64,000 bases of DNA from contig NC_042997.1 in the NCBI RefSeq assembly GCF_006345805.1, positions 99,510,001 through 99,574,000 of the forward strand. The letters are read 5' to 3'. The first letter of the stretch is position 1. Every line of letters begins with the position of its first letter. Origin of the DNA: Octopus sinensis. Its lineage: Eukaryota. Shown here in pieces: positions 1 through 14,498 of this stretch. The translations under genes were made by a program, and so were the position numbers. The notes beneath the pieces are model-generated. The model saw only the letters and a program-made list of their open reading frames with translations. It did not search any database and was not told the DNA's origin.

Positions 1-144
1 TTATTATTTTCTATTAATATATATCTTTTCTCACTGGTTACACAACTTTTTTTGTTTTTGAAAGATAAAATAACTGATCAGAACATTTGGATAAAATGTA
101 TTTTCATGTATGCAAATCTCGGAGCGACACATCGTTACGCACGC

Positions 145-738
<594 letters not shown>

Positions 739-1769
739 ATATTAAAAAATATATGAAATATATATATATATATATAGGAACACGCATGCATACACACACT
801 CACACACACCCACACATGTGGAGAATATATATATATAACGATGTCGATGTCGAATTGATTTTTTTTTAACCATGTATCATCGTAGGCATATAGAGGCATT
901 GTTTAATGTAATTTTAAATATATAAATTGATGTTTAGACGGGAAGAAATAAATGTTATTACAAGATGTGATGTTGATGATAAGTCTACAGCGGTTTAGAA
1001 TAGCCTGAGTCATACAGTTGGAAACGTTTCTATTCAGATAGAATCTAAAACAACTTGTTTGATTTTATCTAAGACAAGCGAGGGTGCGAATTTCTAAATC
1101 GCTTTGGTATGCGTGTGCATGTGCGTGCGTGCATGTATGTGTGTATGTATGTACGTATCTATACGTATATATGTAAATGTACGCATGTATATATGAATAT
1201 CTGTTGACACACACACATACATATATGTATATATACATACATACATATATATGTATATACATACGTATACGTCTACACGTGTCTATTTGCATACATACAT
1301 ATATATAGATAGATAGATGCATATATTCGTTTATATCTGTGCGTGTATGTGCGCACGCGTGTGTGTGTGGTATAGCGATTCAAGGAATTAAACACAGTTC
1401 GCAGTAAACTCTCCGACTGGTGCGTGACTACCAAAAACAGCTATTGTTAAAGCTAGGATGTCATCTCAGCATCGTTCTGAAAATCCAGCAATCACAATGG
1501 TGGGGAGTATGTATAAAAATTGACCAGATAAGAGAAACGAAGTAACAGAATAGATGTTTATTCAATTGACAACGGGTTTGCAACCTATGTTAGATGCATC
1601 GACATACACACAACACACATATGCATGCATGTATATATATATATATATATATAATATATATATTATATATATATATATATATATGCATATATTCTTTTAT
1701 ACCTGTGCGTGTATGTGCGCACGCGTGTGTGTGTGTATAGCGATTCAAGGAATTAAACACAGTTCGCAG

Positions 1770-1853
1770 ACCGATAGAATAAGTACTAAAAGGTGGTGCT
1801 CCAGCATGGCCGCAGTCAAATGACTGAAACAAGTAAAAGAGAGTAAAAGAGAG
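1770..1853 (+). mobile_element. SINE family A 3' fragment with internal deletion
   Basis: CCGATAGAATAAGTACT...GGTGGTGCTCCAGCATGGCCGCAGTCAAATGACTGAAACAAGTAAAAGAG matches the 3' end of 42755-43160. Confidence 0.85.
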
Positions 1854-1866
1854 TATATATATATAC

Positions 1867-2044
1867 CCATAGATCGTTAGCCACTACACACATTTTTTTC
1901 TCTCCTTGTTTTTTCTGTGTCCCTTTCTGTAGAAGAGCGTAGGCTCGAAACATAAAACACTTTTTCTATTCCTGAGCGTTATACTAATACATCTGTTTGT
2001 TTTGTACACCACCTGTCTTCGTCTTTTGCCTTTTTCGCAAACTC

Positions 2045-2047
<3 letters not shown>
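1867..2047 (+). mobile_element. Interspersed repeat, probable Penelope-like terminal-repeat derivative
   Basis: Reverse-complement copy at 30701-30886 and a degenerate copy at ~14700-14780; carries a hammerhead-like motif at 1923-1957. The PLE assignment is inference. Confidence 0.6.
1923..1957 (+). ncRNA. Variant minimal hammerhead-like motif
   Basis: CTTT-CTGTAGA-A-GAGC(GTAG)GCTC-GAAA-CA-TA-AAA. Stems I and II are present but the core is not CUGANGA. Confidence 0.3.
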
Positions 2048-2099
<52 letters not shown>

Positions 2100-2159
2100 C
2101 CATATATATGTGTGTGTGTGCGTATGTTTGTTTTTATGCCCAGTTTTAATAAAAACAAT

Positions 2160-3030
2160 TTTACATTAATCTGTAATCTGATGGGTTACTTTATACTTTT
2201 CAAGACTACAAATTTATTATCCTTAGACAAGAATGTTGATGACAGTGACTTCGAAATTTCGGTCAGCTAATCCATCGTCGGACTGCGATGCATTAGAGTT
2301 AGTCTTGCCTTTATATAGTCTCTTTTGGGTTAAAATCTCTGCGTATGGTTTGAGTGTGGTGGTAATAAGGTTTTTATGTTGATTGTTGTGAAAATTTTTT
2401 GAAAAAATTCTAATTGTTTAAATTTGGGGTTATGTTATTTATAATTTATTTATGCATGTAGAACTTTGCAAACAAGACTGTAAGCGTTTCTCTTTTGTTA
2501 GGTAGGCGCAAGATGTGACAGTATTTTTGTTGCTTTTTGGTATTATTTGATTTCTTTTGCTTTGACAAAATAAAGGTCAAAGATACCAAGTCCTTAGCAA
2601 ATTGGTGTCAACTTTTTCATTTTTTAGCTGGCCGTCTTTACTTTTTATTCCTACCCCAACTCTTGGGGTCAATAAGATGAAATGTAAGAGCCAGTAGTAG
2701 GAGCGAGTGTTCGTAAGTAAGAATAAAACATTCTTTTAGCAACAACCATCCATGTTAAATGAATTTATAGTAAGATAAATGAGAACATCTTTGGTTACTT
2801 AACTATAGTTATTTGTAATCCAAGCAATTCGAATATTTAGCCACGTTTTTATATTTTCTGCTGAATGAGATAACTTCGTCCTTTAGTATCTCTCTATTTG
2901 TAATACTGATGTATAAAAGGACACAATTAATTAACATTTGATCGCTGCGCTCTTCGTTTGTTGTACAAATAGAACAGAAATTGTTTTCGCTTTGTTTCCT
3001 TGTTTCATAGTTTTCTAAACAAAATTTCAA
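2160..3030 (-). pseudogene. Possible decayed Penelope-like (GIY-YIG C-terminal) remnants
   Basis: Minus-strand peptides ...RETL...IINNITPNLN and CSIC...EVISFSRKYKN loosely resemble PLE C-termini; many stops. Confidence 0.25.
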
Positions 3031-3124
3031 TTATCTTTTATTCTGATGTGCGCTATTAGAAAAACAAAACGCTTTAATCTTATCTCTAAAATACCAGGTT
3101 TATATTTTGTAAACACAATGATAA

Positions 3125-3163
<39 letters not shown>

Positions 3164-4251
3164 AGAGATTCGGGTCGATTGAGAGGTCAATTTATTGATT
3201 ATATAACTATATAATCTATATATATAAATAATGTAATTTGTGGAAATTGCCCTCATGACTTGTCCAAAAAATTTTTTTTTTATTTTATAACTTCAGTAGA
3301 CGACTTTGAGACAACGACAACATTTAGTCTCGATTCCTTTTCGAAACCATTTTACACTTTATTTATTTACACACTGATTGCCGCACAATGTCTTTCTTTT
3401 TATCTCACTTCAATTTTCTTACCCGTACCCAAGAAAGAAATTACTTTTAACACGTCCAACGGTGAAAAATTATTGCGATTCAAGTTCGCATTTCAGTTGT
3501 TTAGGTAACATTGATAATATCCTTTCGAGCATGGTTTCCACTCCTGCGTGTGAACCATTCAAATTTTCTTCTGCTATTATTTTTTTATGGAAATTATGAA
3601 TGTCACAATTTTATAATTCCTCTTTCCCTAAACTTGCTTTTTTACTGTTTTTTTTTTTTTTTTTTTTTTTTTGCTTGGTCGAAGAAATAAAACAAATTTC
3701 TTGTTTGACATATAGATTTCAAGTCATCACCTCTGAGAAATACTCAATTACCATTTCGGTAATTTTTAGGAGAGTTAATAGAACTGTTTGATATCCACAG
3801 CAACGAAGGTGAGAATGGTTAACCAGAAATCGCTGTTGGCTCGAATTTTACAGAATATTTTCTCCAAGTTTATTTTACACCAATTTTCTTTAATTAAATG
3901 TAACGAAAATGTTACACAAAAACTATATAAATATACTTTTACATTTTTTTTTTCAGTTTGACTTGTAATTTAACTCCAAGCAGATTAACAGTTGCACTTG
4001 GACTGAGTCTGTGACCAGGTCACATTAGGGCACGGAAAACGTTGATATCTCAAGAAATAATAAATGAAACAGATTTTTATAGAGTTGAAGTAGTTCTTAA
4101 ACGATGTAATTACTGAAACACATTTCTCTTATTGATTGTAGACATATTGCTCTATGTTAGTTCAGTTAATTGATATTTGATGTCTTCCTTTCTTGACTTT
4201 TTTTCTTTTCAATCTTTCAAACTCTATTTTATTAATTTTCATTCTTTTCTA

Positions 4252-4459
4252 CCGCATTTTCCAGCATATAAGTCAACGTTGCATATAGTATAAACATGCA
4301 GTGTAAACATTCAGACACTGACACTACCTTTCGAAATACTGCTGCATTTCACATGGAATTTTTTTGTACTCCAAACTCGTCTTGGTGTATAAGTTGACGT
4401 ACTATTTTGAACTATAAATTTTTCTCTGAAAAATTCGACTTGTATGCCGAAAAATACAG
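4252..4459. mobile_element. pogo/Tigger-type MITE
   Basis: Imperfect TIRs CCGCATTTTCCAGCATATAAGTC and (rc) CTGTATTTTTCGGCATACAAGTC, with TA on both sides. Confidence 0.6.
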
Positions 4460-7216
4460 TATATATATTTTTAGAGGAAAAAACTTTCATAATAGCATTT
4501 TTTTTCTCTTTTTTCAATCTACCAACATACTGTGTAATCATTTTATACTTAGGGTACTATTTAAAGACTTAATGTAAAGTATTGAGCTCAGTTTAATCAA
4601 TGGCTGCCTATACTTCTCCTAGTTATATTCCAAAGAAATTTTAAATTAATCACTGTACGCTAAAGTAAAATTTATGCGAAGTTCCTGCTAATTATAGCAG
4701 GTTCTGCATAATTTCTAAAACTGGCTGGTCAGAACTAATGATATTTAAACACTTTCAACAATAGCCAAGCATTGTGTGTACTTGACTAGTTGCGAAACTC
4801 TGAAGATAAAGATCAGTATAGTATTTATATTTAATACGATAATTTTCTTTGTGGTAGAGTGGTAAAAACGAGTTAAATTCAGACAAGTATTACCTCCAAA
4901 GTCAAGTTTGCCATTCATTATGCCAATGTTGGTTAAATAATATATGTCGTATACTAGGGTCAGCTTAATCGACTATACCCACTATAAATGTGGGTGGTGG
5001 GAGTTTGTTTATGTAAAAACCATTTATATGCATTAAATACGTGTATTGCTACATATATATTGCTCAGTATAAGCATTATTCGTTGAAGGTATGAAAGAGA
5101 AGAAATGATATTCTTATTTTCTTTTATTTAGACGTCACTTTGAACAGAAATCAATAAAATGTCTATACAAATATATAACCATTTGGAATTAAGTTCATAA
5201 TTATTTCAGAGCTAAGATGGCTACAATGTGTCATATTAAAACGCATTGCTTTGGGAACCTTGATTGACCGAATATGACTATGTGAATTGCAGTTGTTGAA
5301 GAAAAAATAAAAGACATAGTGTAGCAGAACCTGCTCAGAATATAATTAAATAATTCGAATTCTCACCTTGTATGGAAGTTGTAAAACTGATGATTTATAA
5401 TGAATATAATTTAATTTGAAGGATATTATTGAAGCTACACTGATGCGTACTACAAGGCAAGACACAAGCTCACATTAAGACGACTCTGATGCATAGGTCT
5501 TTCCGTATGAGATACGTAAATAATGAAAATATGATACTGATAGCTTCTTGTAGTATACTTTTAGCTTTTTTTTAAAGGTTATATATACAAAATATATTAC
5601 CACCAGAAGGGAATAAAAGCACAAACATTTGATCATTATAAACAAATTATCAGCCCAAGTTGTTCATCCAGAAGTTGCGTGACCTTCAGCTGCCTTTTAC
5701 GACAGAGAAGGCCACTATACAAAATATAAACTGTGCATGCACTGAATCGCCAATTAGGGACAATCATTCCAAAATAAATGTGTAATTCATAACATCGCAT
5801 CTTACTTTTTTGGAAAACATCAAGTATCAAATATCTTCAGTGCCCAATTCTGGCATTAAAGAATCATACATATCTATAAACTTCTTTCAAAGTCAAATTC
5901 AAGGGAAGATTAATACTTTAATTACACTGGTCTAATTTTATCATGAAAGTTTAAACAAATTACTGCATCAAATTATCAGCAAATATAATTATCATTACTT
6001 CTCACACATAATATTGACTGCATGATCAAAGATCAAACAAATATTAATCCATTGATTTGGCACACTACATTTAAATGCAATACATATCCATTAAATCAGA
6101 GCAAAACATTCATTTAAAGGTAATTATGTGAACTGATTTGATGCTTTACAGTTATACCAGGTCTTGTAACATATGAGTGGTAAGTAGTATCTTCTACATT
6201 TACAAAGGCAAGGAGAACAGCTTCGTGATCATGAATTTTGATAATTTCTTCAATATTACGTTACAAATTAGTTGAGTTTCAACAGGATTCTCATAATTAA
6301 AGAAATAGAACAAACTCTCAGGTTTACACTGGGCTTTGGAAAAGATTTCCTATAACGCTTATATACGGACTTGCCAGAAGTTTAACGATGTACAAACGGT
6401 TGGCAAGATTAAGTCATTCATCAGAACAAGTAGTATTAAAATTCGTGTTGTTCCCTAGTGGACAATTATTACAAAGGAAATAATCATTTCTTCGTAATGC
6501 TAAAAATTTTAATTTAAAATTTATGAATTATATGGTGACACAATGCATAGAATACACATGTTAATTTTCCCTGTTTGTTTATTGCGAAGTTCTTAAAATT
6601 TCTTGTCAGTGATAATCATGTAAAGCACTATTTCATTCCTTTTAGAAACCAACAGTACGACATAACCTGAGATTTATTAGTTAAACATTTCTTATGAATG
6701 GAAAATAAAATACACTCTGAAAGAAATTCATGGAATGTGCGTTTTTTTCCTTTCTTTTTTTTTTCATAGAATGTTAGTAGATTAGAAATCTAGAAAAATA
6801 GAGAAGGAGAAGTGTTAGAGTCTGCACACAGGATAACTGTTTCTCGGGAATTCTACATTGTGAGGGTGTCTTACGGGTATTCAATATTTTAGTTTCAATC
6901 CAAAAAAAATACACAAGTTGTTTTTGATATATTCTTTCGGGTGTAGATTATGGTTTCAAGCTGCTACTTCATAGTAGTAATCACTCGTAACGTACAGGAA
7001 GAGGCAATTTCACCAAAATTTCACCGCATTTATTAGGGGTAAATCCAATATTTATGCATAAATTTGAAGAATTGAAATACTTTTCTTTTACGATGACTTC
7101 GAATAGAATTTGGGACTGAGAATCTCACAAAACGAGTGTTCGAATCATTTCTAGTTGCAGATCTCTGAAATGAATATTTTCCAATGTACTTGTGTGTATG
7201 TATATATGTGGGAGAG

Positions 7217-7682
<466 letters not shown>

Positions 7683-7780
7683 TCTTGTGGTATTTAAGGA
7701 AATTATTGTGTATTTCTTCGAAAGTGTATATGCTAAATGGATCTGCTTCCCTGGTACACCATTAATATGTAATTTTTAAG

Positions 7781-7980
7781 TTGTTATTGTTCTAACCCCA
7801 AACCAGTTCTAATCAAGCGCATTTATGATTAAGAATATTCTAGCAATGAACATCCCATCTTTATTCAAGCTGAGAACTACATATCTCATGTGCTTTTCCT
7901 ACATATTTTAAGATGATATAGTGGGTTATGAGAGAGAGTTCACTGCTATTTCTAGCTGGTCAAGCCACAGTGAGGCACTC
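7781..7980 (+). mobile_element. Unclassified interspersed family F, diverged copy
   Basis: Shares a TTGTT...AGCCCC-type 5' end and a GCTATTTCTAGC...GGTC 3' end with copies at 11903, 40679, 48730, 60040 and 60757. Confidence 0.5.
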
Positions 7981-9627
7981 TGACTGGCGCTATCAGTAAC
8001 TGTAATATAATGTCTGAAGAGTATATATAATGTCTGAACATAAAGTATAGAATTCTGTATCACGAAATGAAACAATTGAGGGTATGTTTAAACAAATACA
8101 TTATATCCATGTACTAATGAAAGTGCTTACGACCAGATATAATCTGTAAACGAACCTTTTTCATACAGATCCCTTTGGCATTTTGTGACGTGATTATCAT
8201 ATCATTTTATAACAACAGATTTCTTTTAAATAGAAGTCATCAAATCAGTTATCTCGAAGATCAGCCATCTTAATATTCTAGATTCAATATCTAATTCCAT
8301 TTTATTCATTATACTTAACACTTTCAGGTGGCATAAAGTCATAACTTTTTTAAATACTTGTTTGGCTTTAGTGAGCTCCATGCATACAGTCAATTGTTAG
8401 CACCGCCAGAAAGTAGAAAATCTAAATGCAACATACTTTTTTGGGAAACATAATAAAGTATCATACATCACATTGCTTCACGCTTCTAGGAAAACAACAT
8501 ATTTATTTCAAGTAGTTATAGAGTCGATTTCACTTAATTGAACATTCTCGGTGATTTAGATTCTTGTGCAAGTTATTAGAGTTAACCAAATTTACGTTGC
8601 AGACGATAAGTTAAGAGATTTCAATATGCTTTCTGGAGTAAGTTTCTGTAACTTCGTTATATTTATATGAATTATATAATAAAAATAAGAAAAAAATGTG
8701 TTTCTGCTTCTACGTTTTGTGAAGAATTCTATAACACGAAGACAAAATCAAAATACACTGGAATTTGAACACTTATAGTCTTTAATTCATTGAAAAAGTA
8801 CGAGTAACTTCAATACTTCACTTCATTCTTTCGTTTTCGGTCATTTATAAACATGAAATACTGACTATTGTAATTTTAACTTTTCATGAATACAGAAGCT
8901 TTCTGAATCACTTATTCATATCACATCAAATAAATGTTCAATTTTATGCTACATTTCGCAATTATTTACTCAAAATTAGAAAAAATATATACATTAACCA
9001 AAATTGATGTTATTTGCTTTTGCAATTAACCGGTCAATTTTACATCAATTTGATGCTAAATGGCTCGGATTTTTCAAAGTTATGTAATTAACCGAATTAT
9101 ACAATTATCAGGTATGCAATTAAGCGGAATTGACTTTTCAACTTAGAGAGAAATGCCACTGGCAGACTCAACAGAGCCAACAATTTTACACACGCGCACA
9201 GACTAATATTTATTAGCTAGATGAAGAATCAGCACCCTTGATCTCTGCAGACAAGTGAGATTCATATAGCTGATGTTCAGTTTCTCTAAATTAAAAAAAG
9301 CATGGATGGTAGGGGAAATTCTAGAAGGATGCAGTTCTGTGGAGGAATATTTCGGAAAACTATATAATCCAGGATGTAGAATGCGAAACTTTTAGAAGAG
9401 ACGAAAAAGCATGTTTGTAACTGGGTCTAACCATAGGCGGTATACAGATTTAATACTTTAGCAGAAAGACCCTTGTGTGTGCTAGAAGATCGAAGGCCAA
9501 AATTTCGGTAGGAATAAAGGGTTATATCAGCTGCAAAAGATGATATTCAAACAGAAGCAGTTTTCAGTTTACACAGAGATACATACATACATACATACAT
9601 ACATACATACATACATACATACATACA

Positions 9628-9661
<34 letters not shown>

Positions 9662-9662
<1 letters not shown>

Positions 9663-10178
9663 CTATATATATAAAACTGTAGTTGTGTGAGTGTCTGTCC
9701 CCTTCGATTTAGATTCCTAACTACTCCCACATTTTGCGGTGCAGTTTAACCAAATTCGGGTATCTTATAGTCGTGATTAATATCGAGCCCGTCTGGCTAT
9801 TAGCGCGCGTCTACGATGAGTCTACGATTTTAAAAATAATTTAACATCATTTTTTATTCCATTTTAATGCATAATATTTCGTGTGTCGATGGCGGCGGAG
9901 TTGGCGTCCACGCTCAAACACCTACACCTGTGTTTGCTTCTCCCCCTTCTTCCCTCCCTCGTGAAGCTGTGGGGAAGGGAGTGTAATGAAATCAACGTCG
10001 TAATGCGTTGTCAAGGACACCAGCGTTCTTTTAGAACAACGACTTCATGGCTTGAAGACACCAAAACAGAAATGGCTCAGAAAGCCCGAATTGGCATCTA
10101 TAAGGGAAGTAACTCTCTAAAAATGCTTATATAGTTATTTCCCTTACAAACCCGAGCAACGCCGGACGATACTGCAAG
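9662..10178 (+). mobile_element. Non-autonomous Helitron
   Basis: A|TCTATATATATAAA 5' end; 3' hairpin CCCGAGCAACGCCGG, then CAAG (degenerate CTAG) and T. Confidence 0.75.
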
Positions 10179-10200
10179 TTTATATATATATATATATATA

Positions 10201-10658
10201 CAGGTCGTCGTCGACTTTCGACCTATCCGACTTACGACCCATCGACTTTACGACGATTGACGCGCCAGATCCCGGCAACAATAATGAATAGTCCAGTTGA
10301 AATTTAATGGATTTAATTTCTTAGAAATTAACCCGTCTACGGATGATGTCAGTTAACAAACGCTTCACCTAGGTTTGGTTATCAATCGCCACTGTGTTGG
10401 ATGACTATTCTGTCGCGGAAACATCGAGGCAACCCCGTATTTGATTATAATGCGAATGCTTGAGACTCCGAAATGTTTGACTAATGCCAGTATAATAGTA
10501 TAATACAGAATGCTGTCTGTGACTTTTACCTGAGAATGTACCTTAAGAATGTAAAAATATAAAACAAAGCTATATAGGCTTATAGACCGACTTACGACCA
10601 AATCGACTTACGACCAGTCAGTTGGAACCAATTGTGTTCGTGAGTCGACGACAACCTC
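10201..10658. mobile_element. pogo/Tigger-like MITE with subterminal CGACTTACGACC repeats
   Basis: TA|CAGGTCGTCGTCGACT ... AGTCGACGACAACCTC|TA, with repeated CGACTTACGAC motifs near both ends. Confidence 0.8.
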
Positions 10659-10677
10659 TACACATACAATATACATA

Positions 10678-11100
10678 CGAGGGATGTTCATTAAAGATTA
10701 ACACATCAAATATTTCCTCTGACCCACTTCCCAAGGGCTGGGATAAACGGAACATGGCATAATTATTAATCCTTTTTCTAGATAGCCACCACCAATGGTG
10801 ACACACTGCTCCCATCGTTTTATACAGCTGTGAAGACCGTCTGTAGAAGTTTGTAGATTGCGCCTGGAGCCTAGACTTTTCCTTGGAAATAAGTTCATCA
10901 TCACGCAAAAAGTGCTTCTCCTTCAAAAAAGACTTCGTGATTGGAAAGAGATGGAAATCAGATGGTGCGAGATCGGAAGAGTAAGAGGGATGAGGAAGGA
11001 TTTCATAGCCGCAGGTCTGTGCTTTTACCTGGGCAAAATGCACATCGTGAACTGAGGCGTTGTCTTAGAGGAGGCGGGCTCTTTGGGTCAGTACACCACG
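10678..11100 (-). mobile_element. Mariner transposase 3' remnant with one end
   Basis: ORF motif EILPHPSYSSDLAPSDFHLF (mariner HPPYSPDLAPSD motif); end TA|CGAGGG at 10676. Confidence 0.85.
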
Positions 11101-11902
11101 CCTCTCTACTTAAAATATTGCAGTAAAGAATGCCAGTTCTTCGAATTTATCACTCTTTACAATTCTCATCTTTTAAACTGTTCAGCTAATTTGTAAGTTT
11201 ATCTAATTAATCACTTGTTTCTGTACTTAAAGTAGTAAATTAGCCAAATTCTACTTAAATAAGTTTTGTGTTCTTTGTAAACTGTAATAAAATAAATTTT
11301 AGCTGCAATATTTTAAGTAAAAAGTTTCTTATTCTTTACTTTACTAGAAGTAATAAATTGTCCTGTACTTTTCCAGGTTTATAATCCTCGCATTATAATG
11401 CTCGCATTTTTCCATGTAATCCATGATTTTTCCGGGCATTGCTGTTATATGATAATTAATAATGTGTCAATTAATAATTTAATATTTTACCTTATAAAAT
11501 ACTGAAAGATAATATTTCAATATTTTCATGTAAGTAATGATATTTCAATTTTTTTCGTGCTTAATTTAAATATATATTGTGTTTGAGATATTTGATGCTA
11601 CCCATCCACACCAAATTAATGGCAGGGATTTTTACCATGTTGTTGGTTGCACCATGGCTCACCAAAAGTTACAAACAAGACCTCAAAACCATCATTTACC
11701 AGGCTCACCTTAAGTAACCAAATTTTGCGATATTAGGAGGTCACAGGAATTCATTCAACGAATGATTCCCCCTACCTCATTTTTTTCCGAACCAAAATAA
11801 AGGATTTGCAACATATTAGGAATCAGGGTACTTGATTCCACGCAAAAAATAATTTTTTTGTTAGTGAAAATCGTGCGGATGTTAATATAGAAATTGACCA
11901 TA

Positions 11903-12095
11903 ATGTTGTTGTTATTTAGCCTCTTATCAACCCCGATACTGCAAACGTATCAAAGACATTCCAGCCTTCAGTAAACCGTCTTTTTAGGGATAATCTAGGA
12001 CATTACATATAATGGGCGTGTGATTTATGTAGGGGGATATTTTGGCTGCTATTTTTAGTGTGTCGATTGACCAGGTAGAGGCTCTTTCATTGGTT
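11903..12095 (+). mobile_element. Family F copy
   Basis: TGTTGTTGTTATTTAGCC...CAAAGACATTCCAGCC...GCTGCTATTT...GTAGAGGCTC. Confidence 0.55.
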
Positions 12096-12149
12096 CGATT
12101 ACGTGATAAAATGTTTTTACATATATATGTAATATCATTTCTTAATATA

Positions 12150-12369
12150 TTCACAAGGGGCTAAACATAGAGGTGACAAACAAAGACAGACAAAGGGATT
12201 AAATCGATTACATCAACTCCTGTGCGTAACTGGTACTTAATTTATCGACCCCGATAAGATGAAAGGCAAAGTCGACCTCGGCGGAATTTGAACTCAGAAC
12301 GTAATGGCAGACAAAATACCGCTAAGCGTTTCGCCCGGCGTGCTAATTTTTCTGCCAGCTCGCCGCCTT
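12150..12369 (-). mobile_element. tRNA-headed SINE family B (Nin/Deu-domain-like)
   Basis: Reverse complement reads GGCGGCGAGCTGGCAGAA (A-box)...GAGTTCAAATTCC (B-box), then GTCGACTTTGCCTTTCATC...GATAAATTAAGTACCAG, which resembles the Deu/Nin central domain. Confidence 0.85.
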
Positions 12370-12398
12370 CACACACACACACCACACACACACACAAC

Positions 12399-12457
<59 letters not shown>

Positions 12458-12576
12458 ATACGTATATATATCATCGGCAGAAGTTAGGGAGTAAGTCAAA
12501 AGCTGAGAGTTTCGTGTATTGGCACTTATCAAACACGAATGTGTCCATTGTCACTCTCTAACTTCTGACGAAATAA

Positions 12577-12997
12577 CTTCTAAAATACAAAATTTTGTCC
12601 AAAACGTTAAGAGTAAACCCTGTTCTATGTGACACTTTCTACCAGTATCGGAAGTTTGAAAGTGCTTAGTTAAAAAAAATTAATTAAATAATCTATATGT
12701 CTAATTGAATAGATATGAAATGGATAAAAGGCAAAGTGGACCGCGGTGGAATTTGAACTCAGAACGTAAAGACAGACGAAATACTGCTTCTAAAATACAA
12801 AATTTTGTCAAAAACATTAAGAATAAAAACTATTCTATGTGACATGTTCTACCAGTATCGGAAGTTTGAAAATTAATGAAATAATCTGTACTTCAATGTC
12901 GACCTCGGCGAAATTTGAACACAAAAACGTGAAGACAGACGAAACACCGTTCAAGATTTCGCCCGGAGCGCCAACGTTTCTGCCAGCTCGCTACCTA
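12577..12997. repeat. 210-bp-period local duplication with SINE B fragments
   Basis: An 85-bp block at 12577-12661 recurs at 12787-12871; each copy is followed by a SINE B piece. Confidence 0.8.
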
Positions 12998-13480
12998 AGA
13001 ATACAAACCTTCATTTTAGAAATATATTCTTTATTCTTATTGCTAAGCGTTACTCCTTTACTTCTTTACTTACTGACATGAAATTTCGTAACATTTTACC
13101 TCATGACTATTTTTCTACTAATTTTTGTTCAATGCGACAAGCGATTCTGAATTCTTCATGCCTTTTTCTATTATTTAAGCAGAAGAAAGGTATACTTTTA
13201 ATTTGAAATTTAAAAATTTATGCTAATTGAAGATGAATATCTGCCTTACTGCCCACCCCCTTGCGGTCACAGACATTTTGATGCAACTTTTTTTCTACTA
13301 GACCAAATCTCAAACTCTTTATGCCAAAGTGTAGCTGAGGAGGTGACCTCTTTAAAACTATTAACAGTTTGCGATTTAGTTTTAGAACTGAATTAGTGGT
13401 GAAGCTTGGAAGCTGCTGCCATTGACGAAATGGTGGACTTAATATATTCAACAACTACTGTGGTTGAATGATATATACAC

Positions 13481-13579
<99 letters not shown>

Positions 13580-14040
13580 TGTATGTATGTATGTTTATAT
13601 GTATGTATGTATACAGTTATTGTTATTGAGTTTTTGCAACTCAGAAAAGTAGAATAATGATAACACTAAATGCCTGCGGCTTAATAAGCACACTCATTTA
13701 TACATCTAATTTGCACTGAACTCATGTTCTAATTTTGAACATATACATCTCTCTCTCTCTCTCTCTCACTCATTCTTTATATGTATAAGTGTGTATTTAT
13801 GTGTGTGCATAAATGCATACATATACATACACACATACACACACACACAGTACATATATATATATATACATATACATATAAATATTTATATGCATATATA
13901 CATATGTATATGCATACGTATATATAGACACATACACACACAAACGCACACACACACAGACGCACACATGCAAACACGCTCACACACATACACGCACACA
14001 CATGTATATACATTTAAATACAAATGTATATACATATACA

Positions 14041-14073
<33 letters not shown>

Positions 14074-14498
14074 ACATGACAGAAAAGTAATTAAACTGGA
14101 ATGTACATATATGTTGTGATTTTCGAAAACGAGAACATATTCCTGTCTAAAGAACGTGTAGTTAACTTTCAAGTCTATAATTTCCAGCTGGGCAGAAGTT
14201 TAGAATTTATCTTTCGCCCTGTTTCCAATTAGCAAACGAGACGTTTGTCTAGTAGCAAAACAAAACAAGAGCATGATTGCATACACAGACACGCGTGTGT
14301 GCGCATGCACACACACACACACACAAATACACACACACACACACACACACTCACACACATGCACACACGCACACACAGGTACGCGCAGGCACACGTACAC
14401 ATATATGTATGTATGTGTATGTGTATATATATATATATGTGTGTGTGTACAAGGGAGAATCTGACAAAAGAATAAACGATTATCTTATGAACTGCATT

